DNA of 64,000 nt from Eledone cirrhosa (Eukaryota): assembly GCA_964016885.1 (NCBI GenBank), contig OZ024741.1, positions 365,180,001 through 365,244,000 of the forward strand. Direction: 5' to 3'. This document shows positions 26,830 through 40,434 of the stretch, one piece after another. Numbering within the stretch: position 1 is the first letter of the stretch; the number at the start of each line of letters is the position of its first letter. Below the pieces are notes generated by a model, which made no database searches, was not told the DNA's origin, and saw only the letters and a program-made list of their open reading frames with translations. A program made the translations under genes and the position numbers.

Positions 26830-28320
26830 GGCAGAGGAAATGGAGTATATATTTTGTTTATCTAATAATTCTGTAGACATGATTTATAATAATATATTGC
26901 TCTGAGTATTTAATTTATTAATTCTTCATAGAGCTAAAAAGTGACCGGTTGTAACATATGTAAATTTATGTATATGTAAACCTTTATATTTAATAATCTC
27001 CCGTAAGGTTGAGATTAAATTTGGCGATATTTGGCTGCGCTTTCGAGCGACAGGCCTACACGCTGTCAACAGCCAATCACATTCTTTCCAACTTGACCAC
27101 GGCCATAGTGTGATTCTTAGCCATTTTTGAATCCAATTTTGGCGCGATCGGCTTGGAATACTAAGTGTCTATTTTTGAGTTTATCTCCTGATGATTCCGA
27201 ACTCAATGGATTTCCTATTAATAGGATATCTAAAAATACGGATGAAAACATGGTAGGGATGTTTACGGTATGTACACAGTTCTTCTATGTTTGATTTTAC
27301 ACCGAATTGCATATGGTTAATTATGTACTTGGTCGATTTATGCATGCTGTCGAAATGTTGGATAAATAACCTGCTGTGGATACCGCGAAGAAGCCACTCT
27401 CGTGTATTTGTCGGAGATTTCTTCATAGGAGCTTTTATCCTTATGGCTTAGTATAATTGATTTTTTATACGGTTGATTGTGATGTTTGGCAGAGGAAATG
27501 GAGTATATAGTTTGTTTATCTAATAATTCTGTAGACATGATTTATAATAATATATTGCTCTGAGTATTAAATTTATTTATTCTTCATAGAGCTAAAAAGT
27601 GACCGGTTGTAACATATGTAAATTTATGTATATGTAAACCTTTATATATATATATATATATACTAATTCTTCATTGAGCCACATCGTGAATAGTTGCCAA
27701 AACACATATATACCTGTCACTTTGTTTAATTGATGTATGTGTAAATATTTATATTTAATAATCTCCCATAAGGTTGAGATACAATTTGGGCGATATTGGA
27801 CTGCGCTTTCTAGCAACCAACCTACTCGCCGTAAGCAACCAATCACACCCTTCCTGACTTGACCACTGCCGCGTCACAGTTCTCAACCATTTTGAATTCG
27901 TGTTTGGCGGGGTCCACTTCGGAAAATAATCTGTCCTAGCGAGTTTGTTCCCTGAAGAGCTCTAAAACTCGAGATTTATCCTCAATAAGGTATCTCAAAA
28001 GTGAGCGAAACCCATGGGTCGGGATTTAGTTATTTAATTGGTATGTATATAAACATTTCTAACTTTAATTTTTACCTAATTATGTATGGTTGACCGTATA
28101 TTTAATTAATTTCCACGTGCTGTTGAAATGTTGGGTAAATATTATATAGCGGTTGGCCGCGAAGACGCCGCTGTCGTGTATTTATTTACTGTTTCTTCAT
28201 AGATGCCTTTTATTCTTATAGCCTGGTCTAATTGATTTTTTGTGTGGTTAATTATGCTGATTGGGAGTAGAGATGATGTATATATATTATCAAATAATTC
28301 TCTGGACATGCTTTACTCTA
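26830..28320. repeat. Diverged tandem duplication, ~660-770-bp unit, about 2.1 copies
   Basis: Unit starts at 26830, 27488 and ~28262; collinear similarity throughout. Confidence 0.85.
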
Positions 28321-28322
28321 TA

Positions 28323-28394
<72 letters not shown>

Positions 28395-28535
28395 GTGCGT
28401 GTGTGTTTAAACATATGTATGTATGAGTATGTGTGACGTATAAATAGGAATCTTAAAATAGTGTACTGGTCTTTAATTCTTGGTGGTAATTTCTAATTAA
28501 TCGGTAGAATTTCTACTGGATCAGCTAATATTTTA

Positions 28536-28716
28536 ATAATTGATTCTACGTTAGGCACAAGGCCAGCAATAACCCAGTGTATTACTGGTACTTTATTTGA
28601 TCGATCCCGTAAGGATGAGAGGCAAAGTTAACCTCGGCGGGATTTGAACTCAGAATGGCAAGGGCCGTAACTCTATACGCCAAAGCATGGCATCCGACAC
28701 TCTACCATACTGCCAA
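28536..28716 (-). mobile_element. Family A SINE
   Basis: Same core and A/B boxes as other copies. Confidence 0.85.
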
Positions 28717-29071
28717 TTTTAATAATGTGCCGCTGTATTAACTGTTGTTAATGAAGTGTATTTTTTATTACAAAGACACACATAAAGTATAAAATTGATG
28801 GTGATTACCGTAATATGAAGTACAACACAGAATTAAACAGTGAAATTGAGTTCATATTTTATTTAATATTTTGTTAACATTGAATCCCATTAATAAGTGA
28901 AGTGGCACTTAATTATATTTTAGATTGCATTAAAGCTTAGTTATCTAATTATCTCACAAAATGTATTACCCGCATTAGTGGCGTTAATGCATATATGCTT
29001 TACATACAGTCTCACATACAAACATATGCCAACATACATGCCTCCATATGTATGCATGTATTTATATATAT

Positions 29072-29167
<96 letters not shown>

Positions 29168-29183
29168 TTATATATATATATAT

Positions 29184-29478
29184 ATTACTCTTTTACTCTT
29201 TTACTCTTTTACCAGTTCCAGCCACCCGGCTTGGCTGGCTATTGGTGCAAGAGGGAGTTCGTTGTTGCTTCCCTTGGGTCTCCTCCGTGCCGTGCTGTGG
29301 ACTCATCTGGGATCCTGAATAGCAAGGTGTCGAGATGTTTCTTGAAAACATCAACCTCCACACCATGCATATCTCTTAAATACCTCGACAGCTTGTTGAA
29401 GAGTTGATGGCCCTTGAACGCCATGTTATTGCAATATCTGCTCCTTATTCTAGATGTGGAAGACGGGACCTTTGGCAC
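29184..29478 (-). mobile_element. CR1-like LINE 3' end
   Basis: RYCNNMAFKGHQLFNKL...VFKKHLD..L..IPDE; (gtaaaaga)n tail at 29184-29212. Confidence 0.7.
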
Positions 29479-29519
29479 CACACACACACACATATATATA
29501 CATATATATGTGTATATAT

Positions 29520-29906
29520 AACTTTGATAACTTTGATAGGTTTCGGCCAGTATTGGCCCAGGCCATGTCTAACTTAATAGCACCACCTGGCGAAGTCTTA
29601 CAAATCAGTGTTTGGGCACCATGGCTCACTCGAGCAGAGAGTTATTGTTTACGGAGGCATATCCAGGTGTAGGAGGCTTACCCAGGATTTCTTGAAGGAA
29701 TTTATCCAAAGACTTCTTGAACTTGATGGGTCTGTCTCTGCTTTGATGTGTTTTTGTGTAATGTTAAAGAGTGCAGGGCCAATTGAGGTGAAATAATTGT
29801 GCCGTATTGTTGTTATGTGATGCGAGTGGGATTTTTGTTCTGGGCGGATAGCACGGGGCCCAAGCCTTGGGTGTACACTAAAGATGATGCCAACATCATT
29901 TCGGCT
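29520..29906 (-). mobile_element. CR1-like LINE 3' end (second family)
   Basis: HPRLG...NYFTSIGPALFN; short (atcaaagtt) tandem tail. Confidence 0.65.
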
Positions 29907-30052
29907 ATATATACATACATATATATATATATATATATAATTATATATATATGTATGTATATATAGCCGAAATGATGTTGGCATCATCTTTAGTGTACAC
30001 CCATATATATATATAATTATATATATATACATATATAATTATATACATATAC

Positions 30053-30159
<107 letters not shown>

Positions 30160-30181
30160 TATATATGTATATACATATATA

Positions 30182-30850
30182 TGAGAGACGTAAAATAAGA
30201 AAATTATAAAATTAACTTACTTACTAAAATATCACTTCCAACTAATTAGTTTCTGGAATGGAGTAAATATATTTTCCGAAGAATTTTGGTCATCACAAGC
30301 GTCATATCAAAATGCCTGTGCTGTTGTTCACAATATCAAGGTAGTCAACGATCTGGCGGAGAGAGCAGTCAAGTTTATAACTGATTTTATTGCCATCTCC
30401 AAGAATGAGGAGGAGAAGCAGTGTGTTCATCAAGTAGTCGAAGCTCACCGTAGCAGGGTCCCGGATTTTAAAAATGAAACTCTGAAAAAAATGACTGTTA
30501 TAAACTTGACTGCTCTCTCTGTCAGATCGTTGACTACCTTGATATTGTGAACAACAGCACAGGCTATTTCGTATCCACTGAATTATTTTTTAATAAGTTT
30601 CCAGAGTCCTCGCTTTGCCTGGAAACTTAGCTGAGAATAGACTTCCCAGACGACGGAATGTTTCTCTATATCTTCTTCGGAAAATATATTTACTCCATTC
30701 CAGAAACTAATTAGTTGGAAGTGATATTTTAGTAAGTAAGTTAATTTTATAATTTTCTTATTTTACGTCTCTCATATTATTGTTCTGCAACCCCATGCGT
30801 TGAACCACAATATTACTAAGACAAAACCTATATATTTGCTAGCATTGATA
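30182..30850 (+). mobile_element. PLE pLTR with inverted copy enclosing captured hATm DNA
   Basis: 30182-30283 is the reverse complement of 30673-30775; 30563-30775 homologous to 34880-35092. Confidence 0.75.
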
Positions 30851-31046
30851 TGCACCTGTATGTATATGTATGTTACTAGATATTAATTCTTTATATACAT
30901 ATATATGTATATATATACATATATATATATACATATATAATTATATATATATGTATATAAGTATATATGTATATACTTATATACATATATACTTATATAC
31001 TTATAATATACATATATACTTATATACATATACATATACATATATG

Positions 31047-31105
<59 letters not shown>

Positions 31106-31139
31106 CCACGCACATATATATATATATACATATATATAT

Positions 31140-31230
<91 letters not shown>

Positions 31231-31236
<6 letters not shown>

Positions 31237-34016
31237 TGTGGCATAAAAAGCAAGGTCACAATACTAACGCTCCATGTATATTTTCCCATTATCAATGCCC
31301 CAATTGGTAAAATAAAACATATTTTGTATAAAATAAATTATTTTGAGCCTTGCCCATATCATGGTGATTATAGTGGAAAGAGTGATTATGTTGCATGAGA
31401 TCATGAAAATGTGAAACCAAATATGTCCATACAATAATTGTTTATTTTATTAATCCATTATAGTTAGTAAACCAGCTTTGAATATAAAGGCGTACAAGGA
31501 AGAAACAAGTTCTGTTAAGTTAACTCCAGTCATTTTTTTCAGAGTTTCATTTTTAAAATCCGGGACCCTGCTACGATGAGCTTCGACTACTTGATGAACA
31601 CACTGCTCCTCCTCCTCATTCTTGGAGATGGCAATAAAATCAGTTATCAACTTGACTGCTCTCTCCGCCAGATCGTTGACTACCTTGATATTGTGAACAA
31701 CAGCACAGGCATTTTGATATGACGCTTGTGATGACCAAGTTACAGGTGACAGCTCAAACCAAGTATCTTCGAGACCAAGGAGATCGAACAGAAGCCTTGA
31801 TTTTTTCCCAACTAGATGAGACAGCTTCGTGGACGACTTCAACTCGGGAAATACTGGAGCACTACGGTCGAGAAGCCCAGACGTTTTCGTTTCGACAAGA
31901 GGTTGGGGTATTTGTTTCTTCTCGGACTCTTGGACCCGACTTGAAAACAGCGCTAGCAGAATGGCTTCCTCCGTCAGGTACCAAAGATGCCTTCTCAGAG
32001 CAGTAGTGGCTGCCTGCGAGAGATCTCTGTCAACCTTACTGTACTGCGTCAACTCTACGTAGAATTGAAGGTCATTGGATGGTGCATCAGCACACTTGAC
32101 TGCTGTCAGCCAGTATCGCACGTAGAACAGAGCATTGAATATACAGATCCGGCGCAACTTTTCCATTTTAGCTCAATCATAATTGAGTCGCTCACCAAAT
32201 GCATACATCTTTGCACTATAGATGATTGCGGACATCCACCGAGCGTTATGATGTGCACCAGGCAGCATCCAATGAATTCCACGAGGAGGGGTGACAGCAA
32301 GCAAGATCAACATCAACTCGGCACATTCTCGGTAGTCGTCCCGTGGAAGAGAACTCATTTTCCCATCGTCGGATGTCAGCAAATCTTGGAGGAACTTGAT
32401 GTTCTCAGAACACAGACGCTTGAGTCTCCGGTCGACAATGTTCAATGTTTTAAAGTTGGTCTTCTCCGTGAGTGACACCCAATCTTTTTTGAACTCCTTG
32501 AACAATGGGGTGTCAGGACTGGACATTACTCCGAATAGTTGTTGCCAAACTGCACACAATATACGCTCCATGACATGGTGCCGCAAAGCAAAATAAAACT
32601 CCTTTTTGTTGAGCATCTCTTCTAGTTTAAAACGCAGGCACCATTTTTCCATCCAGAATTCGAAGCAGTTGTGTCGAAGACCAAGCCCACCACAGACCCA
32701 TCAACATTCCAATCTTTAACAACATCAAATGATGCTTTGGCTTGGGTGGTTCCAGTGCCATCAAGAATTATGGGAACACCGAGGAATTTACCTTCTCTGA
32801 AGTCCGGAGTTCCAGCAACTAGCACACCTAGCCTCTCGTGGTCACCAGGAATTATTTTGCCATCCCAATGCAAGGTAACAAAGTCTGGTACAGCAAATTG
32901 TTCCTTTATGTGTTCAGCCCCCACAGTTCTGATCTTCTTAGCTGCACGTCTGCTACTATACTTGGAGAGAGTGGTGGCGTCTATGTCAGTCCCACCCTCA
33001 GAAATAATCGATGCCATAAATGCTGTTCTCTGGCCCAGTGTCAGGTTTAAACGATCAGCCATTAGAGAAATTTTTGGACTTTGAAATGGATTCTTTGGGA
33101 GTTCCAGCTGCATTTTTCGTTTCTTGTCTGACTTTGAGCTGTCTCTGGGTGGGTTTGAGGCCTGAAATTCAGGATCCTGTTCTTCTTCAGTTTCATCATT
33201 GGTTGAACTTGAATCACTTAGTTCATTACGTGGAAGTTGTGCTGCTACAGATGCTGACAAACGCTTTCTATGGTTCTCTGACTCTCGACGAGCCACAGAA
33301 ACCTGATCACGCTTGAACTTCGAAGATACCTTTTCTGGTAACCCTTGTCTTCAGCACCCAGAGATACTTTTTTCTGGAAACGCAGGGCTTCGAGAAATGT
33401 AGCATCTTCCATATTTCTATTCATTATTACGAAGACGATCTTTCAAAATTTTCTTTCAGCATCAGTATGTGCAATGTAGAAATACGAATCCGATTCACAA
33501 ATAAATAGTGCTTCCTTTTCTTTGTTTGACTTAGAACCTTTGTTTGTTTGTAAATTTTTGTATTCACTGTACACGTTCATAATTTTCAGTTTCACTTTGT
33601 CTTTTCGTTGAGTCGCCACACCAGCTTTTTCCCACTGACGAACTACTTCCATCACAAGCCTATCCGCAATAGCACCATTGAAGCTCACATGCTTTTCGTG
33701 TTTCATGGGACCATCTTTCAGGTAGAAGAAATATCTTAGAACATCTCCTTTGTTGGTATTTTGCTTCGTGAAAAGAATGTAACATATTGCCCCAAGAGCC
33801 ATATTTCTCGATCATCACAATGGAGCAAGTAGCTACAACTAGGCCCACTGGTTTACGCCATTATTCTGCCAATTTGCAACTATTAGGTAAGGCTTAATTT
33901 AGTATGAAATAATCAAAATTACATTATAAATTGATAATATACAAAATGGCATGAGAAAATGCACAGGGAGCTAAGAATAAAACACTTTTGTGTAAAATGT
34001 GGGAATCTGGAACACC

Positions 34017-34020
<4 letters not shown>
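31231..34020 (-). mobile_element. hATm-type DNA transposon inserted in (TA)n
   Basis: Right terminus reads ttagggtgttccag on minus; left terminus ttagaatgtggc is degenerate; transposase fragments inside. Confidence 0.8.
31450..33860 (-). pseudogene. hATm-like transposase, frameshifted
   Basis: LHWDGK, FDTTASNSGWKNGAC, RHHVME, PGAHHNARWM, RHLWYLTEE, VVNDLAERAVKLI motifs across four ORF pieces. Confidence 0.85.
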
Positions 34021-34101
<81 letters not shown>

Positions 34102-34104
34102 GTA

Positions 34105-34472
34105 TATATCTAGGGAGTGTAACGTGCTGTTACTGTATGTTCACCCAAGTGAGCACTCGATGCGTAGTTTTCCGTCTGTAACGAGGTGTAGAACTAAACA
34201 GAGTGTAAATATAATTGTAAAAGGATCAATTATTAAGCCCTCATTAAGTTTATTGAGTGGTGACGGGCGTTTCATTATTGATCAGCTTAAGGTTCGATCT
34301 GTATCGATCTGGCTCGACTCTGGAATGAAAAGCTCGTCGGACCTTACCACAGCAGAAGTCCGACGAGCTTTTGATTCCAAAGTCGGGCCAGATCGAACCT
34401 TCAGCAGATCAATAGCAAAAGGCGCCTCACTACTCATGAACTTAATGAAGGCATACAAATTCGTCCTTTTAC

Positions 34473-34507
<35 letters not shown>

Positions 34508-34770
34508 CATATATACATATATATCCAGTGGGTGTAACTAGGAGTTACTGCAGGTTCACCCGGGTGAGCACTCGATGTTTAGGTTCACTTCTGTGATGAT
34601 GTGTAGAGCTATACAGAGTGTAATATATAGAAAGGATAAAAAGGACGATTGATTATTCCTTCATTGCATTTATTGATAGGTGACGCGCGTTTCGCCACTG
34701 ATCAGCTCAAGGTTCGATCTATATCGATCTTACCCGACTCAATAATCCGCAGCTCGACGGACCTTCCTGA
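34105..34770 (-). mobile_element. Two diverged PLE-like pLTR copies; the first ends in a fold-back
   Basis: 34109-34345 homologous to 34523-34765; minus-strand GAAAC-gcgc-GTC motif; 34237-34452 is an imperfect palindrome. Confidence 0.65.
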
Positions 34771-34879
34771 AATGCATTTCACTGATTGACCTCGATGTCA
34801 CGTGATTGATTCTTTTTGAATTTGCCACAGACGAGGAGGCAGTGATTTTCTCAATGGCTTGGAATCCAGTCCACGCTTT

Positions 34880-35086
34880 GCTATTTCCATTCCACTGAAT
34901 TATTTTTTTAATAAGTTTCCAGTGTCCTCGCTATGCCTGGAGACCTATACGGAAAAAGACTTTCCTGATGACGGACTGATTTTCTATGTGTTTCTTCGGA
35001 AAATATATTTACTCCATTCCAGAAACTAATTAGTTGGAAGTGATTTTTTAGTAAGTAAGTTAATTTTATAATTTTTTTATTTTACG

Positions 35087-35092
<6 letters not shown>
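34880..35092 (+). mobile_element. PLE pLTR fragment
   Basis: cCTGATGAcgga...ttcgGAAAatatatt; homologous to 30563-30775; ends at (TA)n. Confidence 0.6.
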
Positions 35093-35123
<31 letters not shown>

Positions 35124-35934
35124 CAAAGTTACACATTTATGTTGAAAAATGTGTGATTGAGATGATCTACTAGATACATGGAGACAAAAACAAACGGAGG
35201 GTAGGTGACGCTCAGAGAAGAAAATGTGAGATCGTATGATAGCCACGTCTGAGCGGAGGATTCAATAGAGTCCCATAACGGACAAGAAGTCGCGGTGAAA
35301 ATAGTGAACAGATCAACGAAGAAGGGTGGGACTATTTATTACATTTAACTGTGAACGTGTTTTGTTTTCATCGTGTTGATTCGCGGCGATTCTACATGTG
35401 GGAGTCTGCAAGACAGTGGTTAGCCCTCTTGTTAGACACAGTGAACCCAAATGGACCAGCGGTGCTGTTACTTGTGCTCCAAGCTAAGCGCATGATATTT
35501 ACTCTGGAATCGATAGCTCATCAAACATGTGGATTCCATGAGCTCATCGCTCGCGAAACGAGCGTCACACTTGAATAAACATAACTTTACTATATTGATG
35601 CTTCGTTCCTGCTCTTAAATATAAATATATATATATATATATATAATATAATTCCTATCTATATTTATTGAAAACTATTTTAACATACAAGTTCGCTCAC
35701 ATATACGCACATGCCTGCTGCCCCACACCCCCGCACACATACACACACACAAATTGCCTCCAAATGGCTAATTGAACACACACGTGCTTTTTCTCCCCCC
35801 AAATGTTTCCCTGTTTTCTTTTTCTTCTCTCTCTATCTTTCTATATCATATTTTATTTCTCATTCTATCTTCTGGTGAAGAACGAGTGTCTGAATCGTAA
35901 ATACTCTTTTCTTTCTATATCAAGCGTTAAACTA

Positions 35935-35982
<48 letters not shown>

Positions 35983-35985
<3 letters not shown>

Positions 35986-36095
35986 GGAACAAATAAGATC
36001 CCGACGGCTGAGCTCAAGCCGTTTCGACGGCTAATTCTGTGAATTAGCCGTCGAAACGGCTTGAGCTCAGCCGTCGGGGTCTTATTTGTTCCTAT
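35983..36095. repeat. Near-perfect palindrome, 55-bp arms, 3-nt loop
   Basis: Arms 35983-36037 / 36041-36095, one mismatch seen; contains GAAAC-ggct...agcc-GTC. Confidence 0.95.
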
Positions 36096-36237
36096 TACCC
36101 ACTCTACTACCCTAAGTATTGAGTACTTTGGTGCGTTATGGTCCACCTGGTTCCTTACCACATTTCCTTCGTTATATATATATATATATATATATGCAAA
36201 AGTTCTATTTAAATTGTTGGGATACAACATGCAAATA

Positions 36238-36558
36238 TTTTTATAACTGATATAAAGCACTCGACAAGTATTTGGAGTAAATATACGATATTACCAAATG
36301 GAAACTATATTTATAAAACCATATCTATTTTATTATACATATTTCAAGGATACCATGTTAAATTATGGTATGCTTTCATCAGACAAAATACAATATATAC
36401 CAGTTTTATAAATAAATATTGACATACCCTTACAAAATGCAACCGTTACTTTTGGAAGACATCGGGAGGACTAATTTAACACGGTATCCTTGAAATATGT
36501 ATAATAAAATAGATATGGTTTTATAAATATAGTTTCCATTTGTTAATATCGTATATTT
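36238..36558 (-). mobile_element. PLE pLTR (family of 3347-5900) with partial inverted copy
   Basis: 36238-36428 is reverse-homologous to 5708-5900, with a CTGATGA hammerhead; 36472-36558 is the inverted partial copy. Confidence 0.75.
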
Positions 36559-38016
36559 ATATATATATATATTCACTCTATTCTGTTGTCTGCTTTGTTG
36601 TTTCTGTTTACGTTTCGCATGTGTATATTTCACTTGCGGATATAGCGTGGCCAAATGATTGAAACGTTTATTTCACAATTATAAGTATTTTATTTCAGTA
36701 CATTGCATATCGTTCAAGTCTCGATTACTAAAGCCCCAGTTCAACCCCAGCTTTAGGACTAAAATATAGTAGACGGAAACTGTTTGGGAGCCTGTGGAAT
36801 GGATTGTACATGTAATTCCAACCTCCAGCCTTATCACTCACTGTATCCTCTTGATTCTCTCCACAAAATACGCTACGAGCACATGCTTTTGTGGGATGCC
36901 TAGTCATTTAAACGTTAATTTCACGATCTGCTTGTTCTATTGATCGAAAAGCTGAAGCACTCGTAGTCGACACTAATGGAGTTTCATTCCATTCCAGTTA
37001 CATCAATAGAGGTTGAAATATACATTTTCTTTGTCATTTACTTTGTGATAAGCCGAAGGGAACTTTAGTTAATAATCTGAAATAATCTATTAATTTAACT
37101 ATTATTTATATCCACAAGAAATGCTTTGAAACTTCTACAATATGCAACCTCACTCTGTATATAATGCTTTTAATTTTAAACCTTTTTATACAAAATCTAT
37201 CAGAAGCCGCCTCTGCTTTTATGATACAAATCTGTTTCTTCCAAAGTGTTCATAATTATCTAAAACCTTCCATCATAATTTTATGTAAGTTTTGCTCCAA
37301 ACCTCTGCTTAATAAGGGCAAACAAATTATATAAATAAATCCCTTTATGTATACTAATGAAAGGGTTAATGCAAGATAATTATAGAAAAATGCATTAAAG
37401 AATGCTTTAGCTAATCAACATTGATCACAGATGTTTCATATAACAATATCAAATTGACAACACTGTCGTTTATAAGAACTTAATCATAACGAAACAATAG
37501 ACGATAAAAAACGGCTCATAATTAAGTTCGGAGAAAATGTTTATAAAAACAATATGTGATAACATAATATCACAATGGTGATTCACTCATTCTCCGATGC
37601 AATAGAACTTCTATTTGATTTTTATTAACTGTATCATATTTTACAACTACTAATAATAACATGGAGTATATGGAATGGACCTTCATCGTTTTCGACAGTA
37701 ACTGTTTCATTGGATCGACAGAACAGCTTGCTCGGGAAATTAACATGTAAGTGAATAAGCATACCACAGACATGGATACTCTTAACGTAATTATCAGAGA
37801 GTTTCAGCGTGAGACTGTATGATAAGGCTGGCTGTTTGAATTGCAAATATGCTCTACCCGATGGGCATCCATCAGTTTTTCTCTAGCTAGTTTCATTCAC
37901 GAGGTACGTGTCAAGCCGGGGCTATGATAAATAAGATTGGTTCAAAAGCCACGCAGTAAAATCGAACCTAGAACCTAATGATTGCGAAGTCATCTACTAT
38001 GCTGCGTCAGCAACAA

Positions 38017-38218
38017 CTCTCTGATTTAGGTACAAGGCCAGCAATTATTTTTTGAGGAAAAGTCGATTAATTCGAACCCAGTGCGTTATTGGTACTTTAT
38101 TTCACAGACTCCTTGAAAAGCGGAGCTAACCTCGGCGGGATTTGAATTCAAAACACGAAGGAACGTAACTATATACCACAAATATGTTGTCCCGCACTCT
38201 ACCCATTCTGCCAACCCA
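38017..38218 (-). mobile_element. Family A SINE, diverged
   Basis: caaggccagcaatt...ggtactttatttt...cctcggcgggatttgaa. Confidence 0.75.
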
Positions 38219-38601
38219 CATAATCATTACACCATATACTTTGTAAATATGAAAAACAAATTTTCTTTTCATTCAGTGAATTTGATGATGTTTAGATATA
38301 ATTTAGATACAAAATATGAATATGAGTACAGCTACCCATAAAACCAAGTTTATTAACAGAAGTTACCGAAATGAAATGAGAAAATGTGTCTGTGAGAATG
38401 TTTATATGTGTATGCATAGTTACACAAACCACAATACACACACGCACACACAGACACACACACCACACATAAACATACTAACTCGTGTCTGAATAATTAG
38501 ACGCAGATAAATAATGTAAAGTGCCATTATTTCCAGATAGAGTCATAGATGCACCTCCTGACATGTTAAATCTGGTGAAGCCCATGCCGATATCTTCCAC
38601 A

Positions 38602-38763
<162 letters not shown>

Positions 38764-39244
38764 GGGATAACGAACCCCGCATTAGTAGTTTATCGACCTC
38801 GAAATGAGGATCAGCAAAGTTGACACTGGGATTTTTACTCAGAGCACAGTGAACTGAGATATGTTTAATACGACTACCTAATCACTCAATTCGCCGCCTT
38901 CACACGCACACACACATACACACACATACATACACATATGTGTGTGTGTGAGTGAAAGTGTATGCATACGAATTATCTACTCACGTAATTACTAAATCCT
39001 GCAACTTAGTCAGTCCAGTTCTCTAGTTCTGGTATATCTGTTGTCGATAAAAAGACTTTCGTTGTGTATTTCTGTGTGTAATCTGTAAGAGTTAATCGTG
39101 TTTCATGAAAGATTTTGAATCTTCAGAGAAATGCGTAAACAAAACATGTTTACATGTATAAGTACATATAGAACACACACACAGACACACACACAGACAC
39201 ACACGCGTACACACACACACACAGACACACACACACACACTTTT

Positions 39245-39460
39245 CTCTTTAACGATCGACTTTCGTGAAATCGGACCGAGGAAACAATGTTTCCATCTGT
39301 CTTTCCAATAGCTAATATCGATCGCAACTCCAGGTAGAAGGAGCAACGTGAAATAAAGTGTCTTGCTCAAAAACATAACGCATCGCCCCGTCCGGGCGTC
39401 GAACTTATAACCCCACGATTGCGAATACAATCATCTAACCACTCAGCCACACGCCTTCAC
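39245..39460 (-). mobile_element. tRNA-derived SINE (family B)
   Basis: Collinear with 1055-1273. Confidence 0.85.
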
Positions 39461-39519
39461 TTACACACACACACGCACACACACACACACACACACGCAC
39501 GCGCAGGCACACGCACGCA

Positions 39520-39591
<72 letters not shown>

Positions 39592-39592
<1 letters not shown>

Positions 39593-40174
39593 TCCTGGGC
39601 TACTCTGCCAGCTTCGGGAACATTCAGAATTCGCATGGGTTTATGTCTTGATTGTAGGCAGGATGACGGACAGTCTTAATCTCCATATCAGCCAAGTAAT
39701 TGGTCACCAGGATAGATTTGTGGAAATGGGAATTGTTCTGGTGCAGGTGCCATTGAACAGACTTCTGAACTGTCTCAAAACCTCTACATAATAGTCTGTT
39801 GATTTTCTGGCCATGCGGGACCCAATGGGGGTAGATGATGTCCTTGCTGTCGAAGAATGGGATTATCACGAGCCTCCTAGTGGACCTTCTTTACCTGGTC
39901 TTCTTGGGTCTTGTATAGTCAGAATGTTTCCACTGGGCACTCTGCCTCTTGTCTTGGATCATAACAGTAGACCAAGCTCTCGTCACAGATTACCAGTGAC
40001 TCTGGGACACTTGGATTCGAAGCGAATCACTCGACCCTCTCCTTGATGTCATCAACGAGCCTCAGCCTTTGATCTTCATTGAGCACCATGAGAACAAATG
40101 AAAAATAAAAGGATTTGGCATGTCAGCTTATTATAACCACTTCAAGGATATATTAGAGTGACAGCTACGTAAGT

Positions 40175-40231
<57 letters not shown>

Positions 40232-40434
40232 TATATATATATACGAGGTACACTCAAGAAGTTTTGTGACGTTTTCTTTTCAGGCACAATTGACTTACGT
40301 AGCTGTCACTCTAATATATCCTTGAAGTGGTTATAATAAGCTGACATGCCAAATCCTTTTATTTTTCATTTGTTCTCATGGTGCTCAATGAAGATCAAAG
40401 GCTATATATACAAGGTACACTCAAGAAGTTTTGT

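Noticed and set aside
35140-35620. Possible solo LTR (TG start, AATAAA near the end)
   Set aside because: No CA terminus, TSD or second copy could be identified
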